Shown here: positions 8,773-16,271 of the stretch, piece by piece
Layout: each line of letters opens with the position of its first letter
Numbering within the stretch: the first letter of the stretch is position 1
IMG/VR virus record: IMGVR_UViG_3300046777_000918
Location: 1 to 27,532 of that record
Reading direction: 5' to 3' (one strand)
Length of the DNA stretch: 27,532 nucleotides
From: a virus
Taxonomy: Duplodnaviria > Caudoviricetes
Translations under genes and position numbers: made by a program
The notes under the pieces: generated by a model
Database searches by the model: none
What the model was told of the DNA's origin: nothing
The model's input: only the letters and a program-made list of their open reading frames with translations

Positions 8773-8784
8773 AGTGCTGAGATA

Positions 8785-8970
8785 CTAGCGGCGCATCAGG
8801 TTGTCAATCTGAGCGTCGGTGAGTTTGTACTTAGGCGGCTGGATCCACCCGTTGAGAATTGCCCGATAAACGAGCTTCGGTGCGGCTTCGAGCAGCTCCC
8901 TCACTTCCGCGTCCGAGAGCTTCGGGTCTCCTTGGACTTCGTTTCCTCGCTTTTTGCTATGTAGTGCCAT
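8785..8970 (-). CDS. Hypothetical protein, 61 aa
   Basis: Co-oriented ORF; overlaps the upstream ORF by 70 nt. Confidence 0.45.
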   Translation of the reverse strand: MALHSKKRGNEVQGDPKLSDAEVRELLEAAPKLVYRAILNGWIQPPKYKLTDAQIDNLMRR

Positions 8971-9185
8971 GTTGGATATACGCCTCTCCTTCCATTCTGA
9001 ATACGAAACTTCCTCTGTTCAACCGTTCCCATGTCGATGCCTTTCCGGATTAACCTGATCGCATGAGATACACTGGTTCCCCATTCGGATGCCAGTTGCG
9101 TCATGGTTTTCCATCCGATTGGAACAATCTCCGGCTGGCACGCGATTGCAGCCTTAAGTTCCTTTAGAAGCTGGGTAGAGTCCAT
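8901..9185 (-). CDS. Putative winged-HTH DNA-binding protein, 94 aa
   Basis: TMTQLASEWGTSVSHAIRLIRKG is HTH-like and is followed by a likely beta-hairpin. Confidence 0.6.
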   Translation of the reverse strand: MDSTQLLKELKAAIACQPEIVPIGWKTMTQLASEWGTSVSHAIRLIRKGIDMGTVEQRKFRIQNGRRGVYPTWHYIAKSEETKSKETRSSRTRK

Positions 9186-9913
9186 TGGGTTTCATGTTGA
9201 GGCCACTGGTGGAGATACAGTTGTGCTGATGTATCCGTGTATTCCCCGAATACGATCCCGTGACTCCATGCCAGTGTGGACCTTCGTCGGTGGGCATACT
9301 CCATAGCAGGAAGGTCAGCAAGCGTTCCCGGGCTGAATGCCACCGGGTTGTCTGAGCGCCTTCCGTAAGCGATACCGGCTCGGTGAGCGTGTGCGACGAC
9401 GCAGTTTCCAAAGGTCTCGGCACTGTCTCTGAGGTAGTTCTCTCCGTAGAGCACTCCGTGCCCCCATTTGTAGCCTCCGAGGCTGAACCAACATTCTGGA
9501 AGGACTCCATACTTCAGGACCTTGACCCGGCAGTGCTTTTCAATCGGTGCCATCATTTTCTCCCAGACCGCCTCTGCGAAGCCACGGATCACCGCGTTGT
9601 GATGGTGCAGGTACATCTTGGCCCGCTCGTCATGGTTACCGATGGTGAACACCGTTGGCTTGAGCGCGTTGAGGAACTTAGCTCCCTGACCAATGTCGTC
9701 GAGGTAGTCATCGGCTGCATCTGATTGGTTAGGGTTGCCTAATGAGCCTGCCCGGAGTGCCGCTAGGTCGTAGGCATCACCGAGATGGATCACCTCGTGC
9801 GGTTTGTAGCGTTCACGGAAACGAAGGACTGCTTCCAGAGCTTTTGGATTGGCTCGCGAACCATGGGAACAGCCGATGGCCATCACCCGTTTGCGGGCCT
9901 TGCTGATGTTCAC
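9164..9913 (-). CDS. Calcineurin-like metallophosphoesterase
   Basis: GCSHG, HLGDAYD, GNHD, GHG and AHAH motifs in canonical order; GTG start. Confidence 0.88.
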   Translation of the reverse strand: MNISKARKRVMAIGCSHGSRANPKALEAVLRFRERYKPHEVIHLGDAYDLAALRAGSLGNPNQSDAADDYLDDIGQGAKFLNALKPTVFTIGNHDERAKMYLHHHNAVIRGFAEAVWEKMMAPIEKHCRVKVLKYGVLPECWFSLGGYKWGHGVLYGENYLRDSAETFGNCVVAHAHRAGIAYGRRSDNPVAFSPGTLADLPAMEYAHRRRSTLAWSHGIVFGEYTDTSAQLYLHQWPQHETQWTLPSF

Positions 9914-9951
9914 GGGCAGTCTTATTCAAGATTGGCAAGCAATTTCCAAGC

Positions 9952-10170
9952 TTATTCAGGGAAACCATAGCATTCCTGAATACTAGCGCAGACCATGTGA
10001 TAGATCTCTTCCAGCGCCTGCTCAGTGTTCTCGTAGTTATGTCCGTACTTCACCTTGGACCTCAACATCTCTTGAATCTCTTCCAGTGCGATGCGGTATT
10101 CCGTGGCGTGGATCGCGTCGTAGTGAAGCGTATCCTCATCTGGTAAATCAAACTTCAGAGTTGCTGTCAT
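9952..10170 (-). CDS. Hypothetical phage protein, 72 aa
   Basis: ATGA-coupled to the upstream gene with an AAGGA SD-like motif. Confidence 0.7.
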   Translation of the reverse strand: MTATLKFDLPDEDTLHYDAIHATEYRIALEEIQEMLRSKVKYGHNYENTEQALEEIYHMVCASIQECYGFPE

Positions 10171-10619
10171 GTTTCCTTTCGATTGATGAACTGGGATAGT
10201 CTGGCTGGTTGATACGATGGCGACTTGATGACCTTGCCAGTTTTGTTACGTGCCACCCATCGATCAAAATACGATGTGAATATCAGATCTCCGACATACT
10301 TCTCGTGATTGATTTTCTCATCGTTGGTCCAGAACTTCGACATGTTTGAGTTGTGAACCTCAAGGAATGCCAAGTCTACGCACTGAGAATTAAATCCAGC
10401 AGCCAATGCGGCTCCGTATACTACATAAAGCAGGTCTACGACGGCATCCAGATAGTCTGTGAGATCATCTGAAGCTCCAAGCTCACTAGCCTCTTCTATA
10501 ACTAGATCCATTCTGAGCTTGATTGTCTCAGCGTCCGGCAATTTCTGATGCTCTGGTATTTGCTGTCCGAACGATTCCATGAATCTGCGGACTAGGTTGT
10601 GTTTGTTAATTGAACTCAT
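10167..10619 (-). CDS. MazG-like (all-alpha) NTP pyrophosphohydrolase
   Basis: LRMDLVIEEASEL...LDAVVDLLYV...EVHNSNMSK...GKVIKS; ATG at 10619 overlaps the upstream stop. Confidence 0.85.
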   Translation of the reverse strand: MSSINKHNLVRRFMESFGQQIPEHQKLPDAETIKLRMDLVIEEASELGASDDLTDYLDAVVDLLYVVYGAALAAGFNSQCVDLAFLEVHNSNMSKFWTNDEKINHEKYVGDLIFTSYFDRWVARNKTGKVIKSPSYQPARLSQFINRKET

Positions 10620-11143
10620 TGTTTTATAATCCTTACTGAATCTCCTTCTGGAATAACTATCGCAGCTCTGATGACGCAATGATTGGTCAACAGGATTGGT
10701 TTCTCGTAGAGCGCAGACGTGGCCAATGGCTCGCTTCCGTCTAGCGTGTATCTTATTGGAACTGCACCAATAGGTGACGACAACCTGAGCGTCGCTGGAA
10801 GTCTCACGCTGATACGATCACCAATTACGTCTCGTCCATTGATGCTGAATCGTACGTTGCGTTGGAACTTGACCTTGAACAGAGCAGAGTGACCACTGCT
10901 ACTCTCGACTTTGTATGTGCCAGCGTCAGCCTCCTGTGCGGATAGTATCTCAAGGACGCGGTTTGTAGCGCCGGGGATTGGCTGCCCACCCAGAGACCAC
11001 TGGTAGTCCTCCGCGGTGTGCGGTGCCTCAAGGCGAAGCGGAAGGTTCTCCAGCGCGATCTGAGCTGATGCGGAGAATGCAACGCAACTGACGAGTAATC
11101 CTCGGATGTTCATGTAACAAAAACTGGTCAGTGTTTGTTTCAT
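10616..11143 (-). CDS. Secreted Ig-like + chitobiase/Fn3-associated domain protein
   Basis: Signal peptide ending ASA-Q; YQW...PIPGATN...DAGTY (Ig I-set-like); IRYTLDGSEP...Y..PI (CHB_HEX_C/Fn3_assoc-like). Confidence 0.75.
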   Translation of the reverse strand: MKQTLTSFCYMNIRGLLVSCVAFSASAQIALENLPLRLEAPHTAEDYQWSLGGQPIPGATNRVLEILSAQEADAGTYKVESSSGHSALFKVKFQRNVRFSINGRDVIGDRISVRLPATLRLSSPIGAVPIRYTLDGSEPLATSALYEKPILLTNHCVIRAAIVIPEGDSVRIIKQ

Positions 11144-11442
11144 GGCTTGGCCTCCTTGGCTGCGGTCCACTCCTTCAACGCGATATTCGCTGGGTCTGAT
11201 TTGTATTCTGGACACACCCACATCGACAATCCATCTCCCGCCCGCTCCAGCCTCTTAATGCGCTCCTGTAGCTGTCCGTTCTGTAGCTCCAGACACGTCA
11301 TAGAGCGTGCCCACTGAGGCCGGAACGTCTCGCAGTAGCTGGATCCGCAGCGGTAGCCTTGGATCCCATTCTGGTTGCGATCCGCAGGTAGACCGCAGTG
11401 GTGGCAGGTCATTCCGTTAGACTCACCGATATGATCGCTCAT
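11140..11442 (-). CDS. Hypothetical Cys-rich/coiled-coil protein, 100 aa
   Basis: CHHC and further Cys residues; ATGA overlaps at both ends. Confidence 0.7.
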   Translation of the reverse strand: MSDHIGESNGMTCHHCGLPADRNQNGIQGYRCGSSYCETFRPQWARSMTCLELQNGQLQERIKRLERAGDGLSMWVCPEYKSDPANIALKEWTAAKEAKP

Positions 11443-11648
11443 GGCTTAGCCTCCACGATTCGGATCACCTCGGACAGCGCCTTGGCGTCTGCAGCAATCC
11501 ACTTCTCACCAGTCAACAGCGCCTCAAGCTCCTCGATGCGTTCCCGAGCCTCGGCCAGTTCATCGGCTAGTCTGTGCGCGAAATCCGCGTCTACGACCCA
11601 GCGGTCTGGACCGATCGCAAACTCTCTGACGGTTACACGTTCGCTCAT
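11439..11648 (-). CDS. Hypothetical coiled-coil protein, 69 aa
   Basis: ATGA overlaps at both ends; GGAGG upstream. Confidence 0.7.
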   Translation of the reverse strand: MSERVTVREFAIGPDRWVVDADFAHRLADELAEARERIEELEALLTGEKWIAADAKALSEVIRIVEAKP

Positions 11649-11923
11649 CTGAAGCCCCTCCTGTAGCGAGCCACAGTGGTCTCGGATACACCAAGCGCCT
11701 GAGCAGCGGCAGCAACCGTCACTTCTCGTGGCAGTGCACGGATCTTGTCTGCGATGTGCTTTGCTATGCTTGGCCTGCCTATCTTGCTTGGGCGATAGCC
11801 AACCGGGTTACGCAACTCGACCAGCTCCTGCTCCATGCGGCGAGCCTCTGCTATCAGGGACGGCATTGGAAGCTCTCGGCCCAGTAGCCGGAACGTATGG
11901 TTGTCAGTACGTGGTGTGCTCAT
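11645..11923 (-). CDS. HTH DNA-binding protein, 92 aa
   Basis: GRPS arm followed by TVAAAAQALGVSETTVARY (resolvase-type HTH). Confidence 0.75.
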   Translation of the reverse strand: MSTPRTDNHTFRLLGRELPMPSLIAEARRMEQELVELRNPVGYRPSKIGRPSIAKHIADKIRALPREVTVAAAAQALGVSETTVARYRRGFR

Positions 11924-12009
11924 GCTCCGATCCTCCCGAGTGCGTATCCAAGTGTCATCAGGGCCACTGCACCCCAGAGTATTAGGGCCATTTTTAGGTT
12001 GTGATTCAT
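11920..12009 (-). CDS. 29-aa membrane peptide MNHNLKMALILWGAVALMTLGYALGRIGA (not in ORF track)
   Basis: Translated by hand; ATGA overlaps with both neighbours; single hydrophobic helix. Confidence 0.65.
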   Translation of the reverse strand: MNHNLKMALILWGAVALMTLGYALGRIGA

Positions 12010-12215
12010 TTCTTCTTCCCCCGTGTGTTCTTGTTGCGCTTGAACGACAGCTTACTGCGCTGCTCGAAGGCTTTCAGTTCCTCGGCAAAGGCTGGATCAG
12101 TCAGGCCACGACGCTGTAGCCAAGCCTTGTACTTCGCGTTCATGTACTCTTGAGAGATCATTGGCTCCGCAGGTAGTGAGTCCGTGATCTGCATGGATGG
12201 TGGTCGTTGTCTCAT
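12006..12215 (-). CDS. Hypothetical basic protein, 69 aa
   Basis: ATG after an AC-rich leader; coupled to the downstream ORF. Confidence 0.6.
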   Translation of the reverse strand: MRQRPPSMQITDSLPAEPMISQEYMNAKYKAWLQRRGLTDPAFAEELKAFEQRSKLSFKRNKNTRGKKK

Positions 12216-12264
12216 GGTGTCTGTGTTGTGTTGCGCTGCAAAAAATGTAGGTGATGTCCACCAC

Positions 12265-12603
12265 TCAGAAGTCGAGGCCGCTGATAGAACGGACGTTTTT
12301 CTTCCAGTTGCGGTTGCCGATGGGATCCGCGCTCTTGGGGCAGTAGCGGTCCGCGAGGAAGTCCAAGAACTTGCCGGGCTTGCCAGCGGCCTGCCAGCGG
12401 CGGTGGTTGTTTCGGATGGTGTTCAAGCAGACCTTGCGAGCCTCTGTGGCGTCTTTGACTTTGACCGACAGGATGCCGTATGGAGCTTTGGCCTTGGCAC
12501 CACCCTCGACGCGATAGATGGCGTCAGCGATGCGGTTGGCGTCGAGAGCGAGAGCGTTGGTTGCGACGAGAACGAACAGGACGAGATACTTTTTAAGATA
12601 CAT
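12265..12603 (-). CDS. Exported lysozyme-fold-like protein (putative muramidase/lytic transglycosylase), 112 aa
   Basis: Signal peptide ending ALA-L; AIYRVEGG (Glu at a helix end), PYGI, and RYCP...NWKKNV. Confidence 0.55.
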   Translation of the reverse strand: MYLKKYLVLFVLVATNALALDANRIADAIYRVEGGAKAKAPYGILSVKVKDATEARKVCLNTIRNNHRRWQAAGKPGKFLDFLADRYCPKSADPIGNRNWKKNVRSISGLDF

Positions 12604-12742
12604 ACGAATTATTGGTTAAGTTACTTGGTTTGGTTACTTGCTACGGGGAACAGTGAACCACAGGTCTGATGTCTCGTCTACAGAAAAGTACAGAAATCTT
12701 TCAGCACAGTTCTGACCAATGTTTACGGGCCTCTCGTGCGTG

Positions 12743-12931
12743 TCAGGACTGCGGCACCTTGCGGAACTTGGCTTGGAACTCAGCCGTCCTGCGGATGAAC
12801 AGCTTTCCGTCGCGCTCGTACACCGTGGCTTTCTCCTTCATCTCGCCCACTCGCAGCTCCGCCTCGCCCCACACGTCCACCACGGTTGACGGCTTTAGCT
12901 TGCACTCCCAGAAGTCGTTCTTCGTTTTCAT
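12743..12931 (-). CDS. DUF1653-like small beta protein, 62 aa
   Basis: TVYERDGKLFIRRTAEFQAKF resembles the VVY...WVRP..F..KF pattern; ATG at 12931. Confidence 0.55.
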   Translation of the reverse strand: MKTKNDFWECKLKPSTVVDVWGEAELRVGEMKEKATVYERDGKLFIRRTAEFQAKFRKVPQS

Positions 12932-13037
12932 CGAGTCTATCAAGTAGGAATCCGATCGTGTCTTTGAGTCGCTCGTTTTCGGATGCAAGAGACGTGACCA
13001 TGGCGGTCAGTTCGTTGATCCGAGAGGCAGCGTCCAC
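12780..13037 (-). CDS. Coiled-coil hypothetical protein, 85 aa
   Basis: GTG start after TACAGT; heptad N-half; C-half overlaps the next ORF. Confidence 0.45.
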   Translation of the reverse strand: MDAASRINELTAMVTSLASENERLKDTIGFLLDRLDENEERLLGVQAKAVNRGGRVGRGGAASGRDEGESHGVRARRKAVHPQDG

Positions 13038-13060
13038 GCCTCACTGTAGGTTAAAGAAAC

Positions 13061-13177
13061 ACCCCGGCACCAGCCCGTAGAGCTGCTTTAAGGTCCACCT
13101 AGGAGGGGTATAGAACCATGCCGGGGTCACGTATCACACGATACGCTAAAGTGATCCGCGTGGTCAGGTATGCGCGG
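13061..13177 (-). ncRNA. Candidate structured RNA/terminator element
   Basis: Three hairpins: CCGCG/CGCGG, CGUAUC/GAUACG and ACCCCGGCA/UGCCGGGGU, followed by GUUUCUUU. Confidence 0.4.
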
Positions 13178-13197
13178 CCCACCATGCAACCAACCTA

Positions 13198-13653
13198 CTA
13201 GCGTCCCCCACCCAGAACAAAGTGGAGGACAAGAACTGCATCAGCAGTGGCCAGCGTGATGTCAAGCGTCGGGTACAGCTCCTCTGCTTTCCCGCGTAGC
13301 TTCCGCTTCCACTGGGCCTGCGTATCGACCGACTTGCGTCCACCAAGACCAAGAGGTTCCTGCCAGACCTTTGGTGGTACCCGGTGCAGGGAGTAGCCTA
13401 GAGCCACTGCCGCACCCTCGACCCTGCCCACGTTTTGGAACAGGACTGCCGTGGTGCTGCTGGGGATGTTCTTCCCAGTGAACTTCGGCACCTCCTCGAT
13501 CCAGAGTTCCGCGTCCGCCGTCTTGTAGGTCCTAAGCAATCCCACTAATGCGGGCAACGTCTCCGGCATAGGCTGCAACCAGATGGACCCTCCACAGTCC
13601 CTGATGGCAAGGCCACCAGAAGCGCCGGGATCGACCGCTACGAGCGTTTTCAT
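13198..13653 (-). CDS. RuvC-like Holliday junction resolvase
   Basis: VAVDPGASGGLA, WIEEV, VPPKVWQ and ADAVL motifs. Confidence 0.85.
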   Translation of the reverse strand: MKTLVAVDPGASGGLAIRDCGGSIWLQPMPETLPALVGLLRTYKTADAELWIEEVPKFTGKNIPSSTTAVLFQNVGRVEGAAVALGYSLHRVPPKVWQEPLGLGGRKSVDTQAQWKRKLRGKAEELYPTLDITLATADAVLVLHFVLGGGR

Positions 13654-14657
13654 GAGCGATCCTTGGCTAGGTAGGTTGACGCCGGGCGATGCCGTATAAG
13701 TCCAGACAAACGCTCGTCGATTCGGTTCTCAGCGTCCTTGCGGGTCAGACCCTGCGCCTGCATGGCCTCGATTAGCTTGGGTATCGACAGCTTGCAGGCA
13801 CCGATGAACGCCTCTGAAGACAACCCGGACCTACCGAATGCCTCGTTGATCTGCTCCGGAGCGATCTCGCGTGATCCTGCCCTGCTCTTGAGTGAGTAGC
13901 CCGGGATGTCCACACCTTCTTTCACGGCCAGCGTGCAGTACTCTTTGACCTCGTCAGCCCACTTGGCGGCTACTGTTGCAAGGTTGAGCGCCTTGGCCAG
14001 CGACTCCGGTGATGCCACCGACAGATCGTCCACTTGGACCATCTCGTAGCCGTCAGCGACCTTGTTGATTTCAGCCAGCCTCACCTTGCAGTAGGTCGAG
14101 TGCTTGCACCATCCGCAGTAGTCCGAGATACGGCACCGAGTAGTCGGGTCATTCACCGCATCGAGGATCGGGTAGACGATGTTCTCGGCCTGTTCCCGGG
14201 TAATGGTGTAGCGAGTCGCCTTGCGTTTCTCACCGAACATCAGATGCACCACGATCTCTAAGAAGCCATGCGCCTGCATCAGCCCCAGTGCGTAAGCCGC
14301 CATCTGCTCTGCGTAGTTGCGCTCGACCCACTTCAGATCGAACAACTGGTTGCCAACCACGACATCTGCAGTGCCTTGCAGGACAACCTTGCCGTCACGC
14401 AGTATGTCCACAGGTAGCTCGGATTGGATCTGTGAGCCGGTGAGGATGTTGCCATGAACATAGCCGTAGGCCCATTCGACAGCCTCACGCTCCACGTCGG
14501 GCAGCATAGAGACCAGTGCGGTCTGGCCAGCGAACATCTCGGACAGCGCCAGATGCCGATCAGTTCCAGCCTCAGCCGCAGCCGTAGGTGGACCGGGTTC
14601 GTATCGGGGCGACTTCGCCAGCGCCGGTAGCGCAGAAGGACGTGCCGTAAAGGTCAT
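13650..14657 (-). CDS. PD-(D/E)XK exonuclease (DUF2800/Cas4-like)
   Basis: GTDRH, GTADVV...FDLK, QMAAYAL and C-terminal CGWC...C; adjacent to the SSAP. Confidence 0.85.
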   Translation of the reverse strand: MTFTARPSALPALAKSPRYEPGPPTAAAEAGTDRHLALSEMFAGQTALVSMLPDVEREAVEWAYGYVHGNILTGSQIQSELPVDILRDGKVVLQGTADVVVGNQLFDLKWVERNYAEQMAAYALGLMQAHGFLEIVVHLMFGEKRKATRYTITREQAENIVYPILDAVNDPTTRCRISDYCGWCKHSTYCKVRLAEINKVADGYEMVQVDDLSVASPESLAKALNLATVAAKWADEVKEYCTLAVKEGVDIPGYSLKSRAGSREIAPEQINEAFGRSGLSSEAFIGACKLSIPKLIEAMQAQGLTRKDAENRIDERLSGLIRHRPASTYLAKDRS

Positions 14658-15478
14658 TCGGCCTCCGTGGTCTTGTGTGCTGCCACAGCCATTGTGAACG
14701 CCTCAGGCTTGCCGAGGATCTTAGCCGCCCGGGACTCGGACAAGTCCTTGATCGTCTCAGCAGCGGTGATCCATCCCTTAGCGATGAGGAACTCCCGGCC
14801 AGCAGCGAGCAGATCAGCCTTTGCCAGCAGCTCAACCACCTGAGCCTGCAACGTCAGCTTGGGCTCGTCTGATGCCGTGGTAGGCACCACCTCGACGTCC
14901 ACAGCTTTAGCCTGCGGTTGGGTAGCGAGTACCTGCACCGGAGAAGGCTGCGCGAAGTCGGCGATCTCCTCGGGCGTATAGGTGCCGGTGACAACCTCTG
15001 GGCAGAGCATGCGCACCGCCTTGGAGATCAACCGCGCACGCATCATTTCCGCTGGGAACTTAGCCCATCCAGAGCCACCACGCGCAGGGAGGAACCCGGC
15101 AGCCTTGGCGTCGTCCGAGGTGTAGGCTAGCTCGATGTCGTTGCCGTCGTAGATCCACTGAGCTTTGGCCCCGTTAGCGTCGAACTGCTTCCAGATGACC
15201 TTTCCACCGCGCTCGCGATAAAGGGCCAGCATAGCGTCTGCGCGCAGGCTCAAGCGTCCCTGAATGACGTGGTAGTGCTTGGCCAGCTCCAGCGGCGGCT
15301 TGCGCTCCACGATGCACTGGAGAGCTAAGAGATTGCCCTGCTCCGGACGGTCTGCACCGAACATGCCAGAGCGACAGATCCACTCACCTAACTGGGTAGC
15401 GGCTGCCATTGGGTCCTGAACTTTGTCGTATGTGTGCACTGCGTTCTGTTGCGTTGCGACTGCGGGTAGGTTGCTCAT
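14654..15478 (-). CDS. Single-strand annealing recombinase (RecT/Redbeta-like)
   Basis: HVIQGRLSLRADAM and WAKFPAEMMRARLISKAVRMLCPEVVTGTYTPEE. Confidence 0.8.
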   Translation of the reverse strand: MSNLPAVATQQNAVHTYDKVQDPMAAATQLGEWICRSGMFGADRPEQGNLLALQCIVERKPPLELAKHYHVIQGRLSLRADAMLALYRERGGKVIWKQFDANGAKAQWIYDGNDIELAYTSDDAKAAGFLPARGGSGWAKFPAEMMRARLISKAVRMLCPEVVTGTYTPEEIADFAQPSPVQVLATQPQAKAVDVEVVPTTASDEPKLTLQAQVVELLAKADLLAAGREFLIAKGWITAAETIKDLSESRAAKILGKPEAFTMAVAAHKTTEAE

Positions 15479-15627
15479 CGTAGGATGTAGGTTTGCTGGA
15501 TTGCTTTCTCAACCAGACTCTTGAGCTTGAATCCACCATCTCGGGCATATTCCACGAGCTTGGAGTGTAGCTTGGAGTCGATCTGCACGGTCTTGAGCGC
15601 GACCGGCCTGCGCGGTTTAGCTGTCAC
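15475..15627 (-). CDS. 50-aa ribbon-helix-helix regulator (not in ORF track)
   Basis: Translated by hand: MTAKPRRPVALKTVQIDSKLHSKLVEYARDGGFKLKSLVEKAIQQTYILR; strand KTVQI, helix, G-turn, helix; ATGA overlap with the SSAP gene. Confidence 0.72.
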   Translation of the reverse strand: MTAKPRRPVALKTVQIDSKLHSKLVEYARDGGFKLKSLVEKAIQQTYILR

Positions 15628-15684
15628 GGGTGAGTAGATACCGGACTGCTACTACCGCACAACACAAATCTACAGAAATCTACG
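15628..15684 (-). promoter_or_regulatory. Early promoter/operator region with GTAGA boxes
   Basis: AGTAGA-N11-TCTACT inverted repeat (15633-15655) and tandem GTAGATTT repeats upstream of the RHH gene. Confidence 0.45.
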
Positions 15685-16270
15685 GCTTGAGCTGGTTGAG
15701 CCTGACCACCTCGACTGTCGTGTAGATCTCTGGAATGCCGAATCCACAGGCTTTCCCGAGCCCGTCTGCGGTACTCCGCTCGCACTGACGCTTCAGCCTG
15801 TACGGAGTCTTCTTGCGCGGTTCCACGATGGCATCCGCAACAAGATGTCCCTGCACCGTGGAAGCGAAGTAGCCGTTGAGACTGTTCCCAACCGCCTCTT
15901 CGGCCAGCGCGTCCCAGATCTGCAATCGGGTGAGATCTGTGTAGTGAAACACCGAGTACGCGCGGATAAGGTAGCGTCCCGGCAGCAGCGTGAACGTGTT
16001 GCCAGCAAGCAGCTCAATGATCTCAGAGTCATCCGATGCGACCACGGTGATCTCTCGTGGCAGCATACCTCCGTATGTCATGTCCGCGGTGTACTCGGTC
16101 ATGTCCGCCGTGAGTAGCGTAGTGTCTGCAGTCAGACTAGACGAGGAACTGCCACCAGCCGTGCCACTAGCCTTGCGATCCTGCAACACAGCCACGCGCA
16201 CGTTAAGCCCGTCCACATCGGACCGCAGCTTGTTTATGAGCGCGTTGGATGTCTTGGGATCGTAAGCCAT
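15680..16270 (-). CDS. Virion fibre-like protein with TAD repeats and C1q/TNF-like C-terminal domain
   Basis: N-terminal coiled coil, Ser/Gly linker, three TADxT repeats, TFTLLPGRYLIRA...EIYTTVEV beta domain. Confidence 0.55.
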   Translation of the reverse strand: MAYDPKTSNALINKLRSDVDGLNVRVAVLQDRKASGTAGGSSSSSLTADTTLLTADMTEYTADMTYGGMLPREITVVASDDSEIIELLAGNTFTLLPGRYLIRAYSVFHYTDLTRLQIWDALAEEAVGNSLNGYFASTVQGHLVADAIVEPRKKTPYRLKRQCERSTADGLGKACGFGIPEIYTTVEVVRLNQLKP

Positions 16271-16271
16271 G

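Noticed and set aside
9154-9510. 118-aa alternative-frame ORF inside the phosphoesterase gene
   Set aside because: S/T-rich, with no motif or start context
13650-14657. Cas4-like nuclease as evidence of CRISPR-Cas
   Set aside because: No repeat-spacer array or other cas genes; its position beside the SSAP indicates a recombination exonuclease
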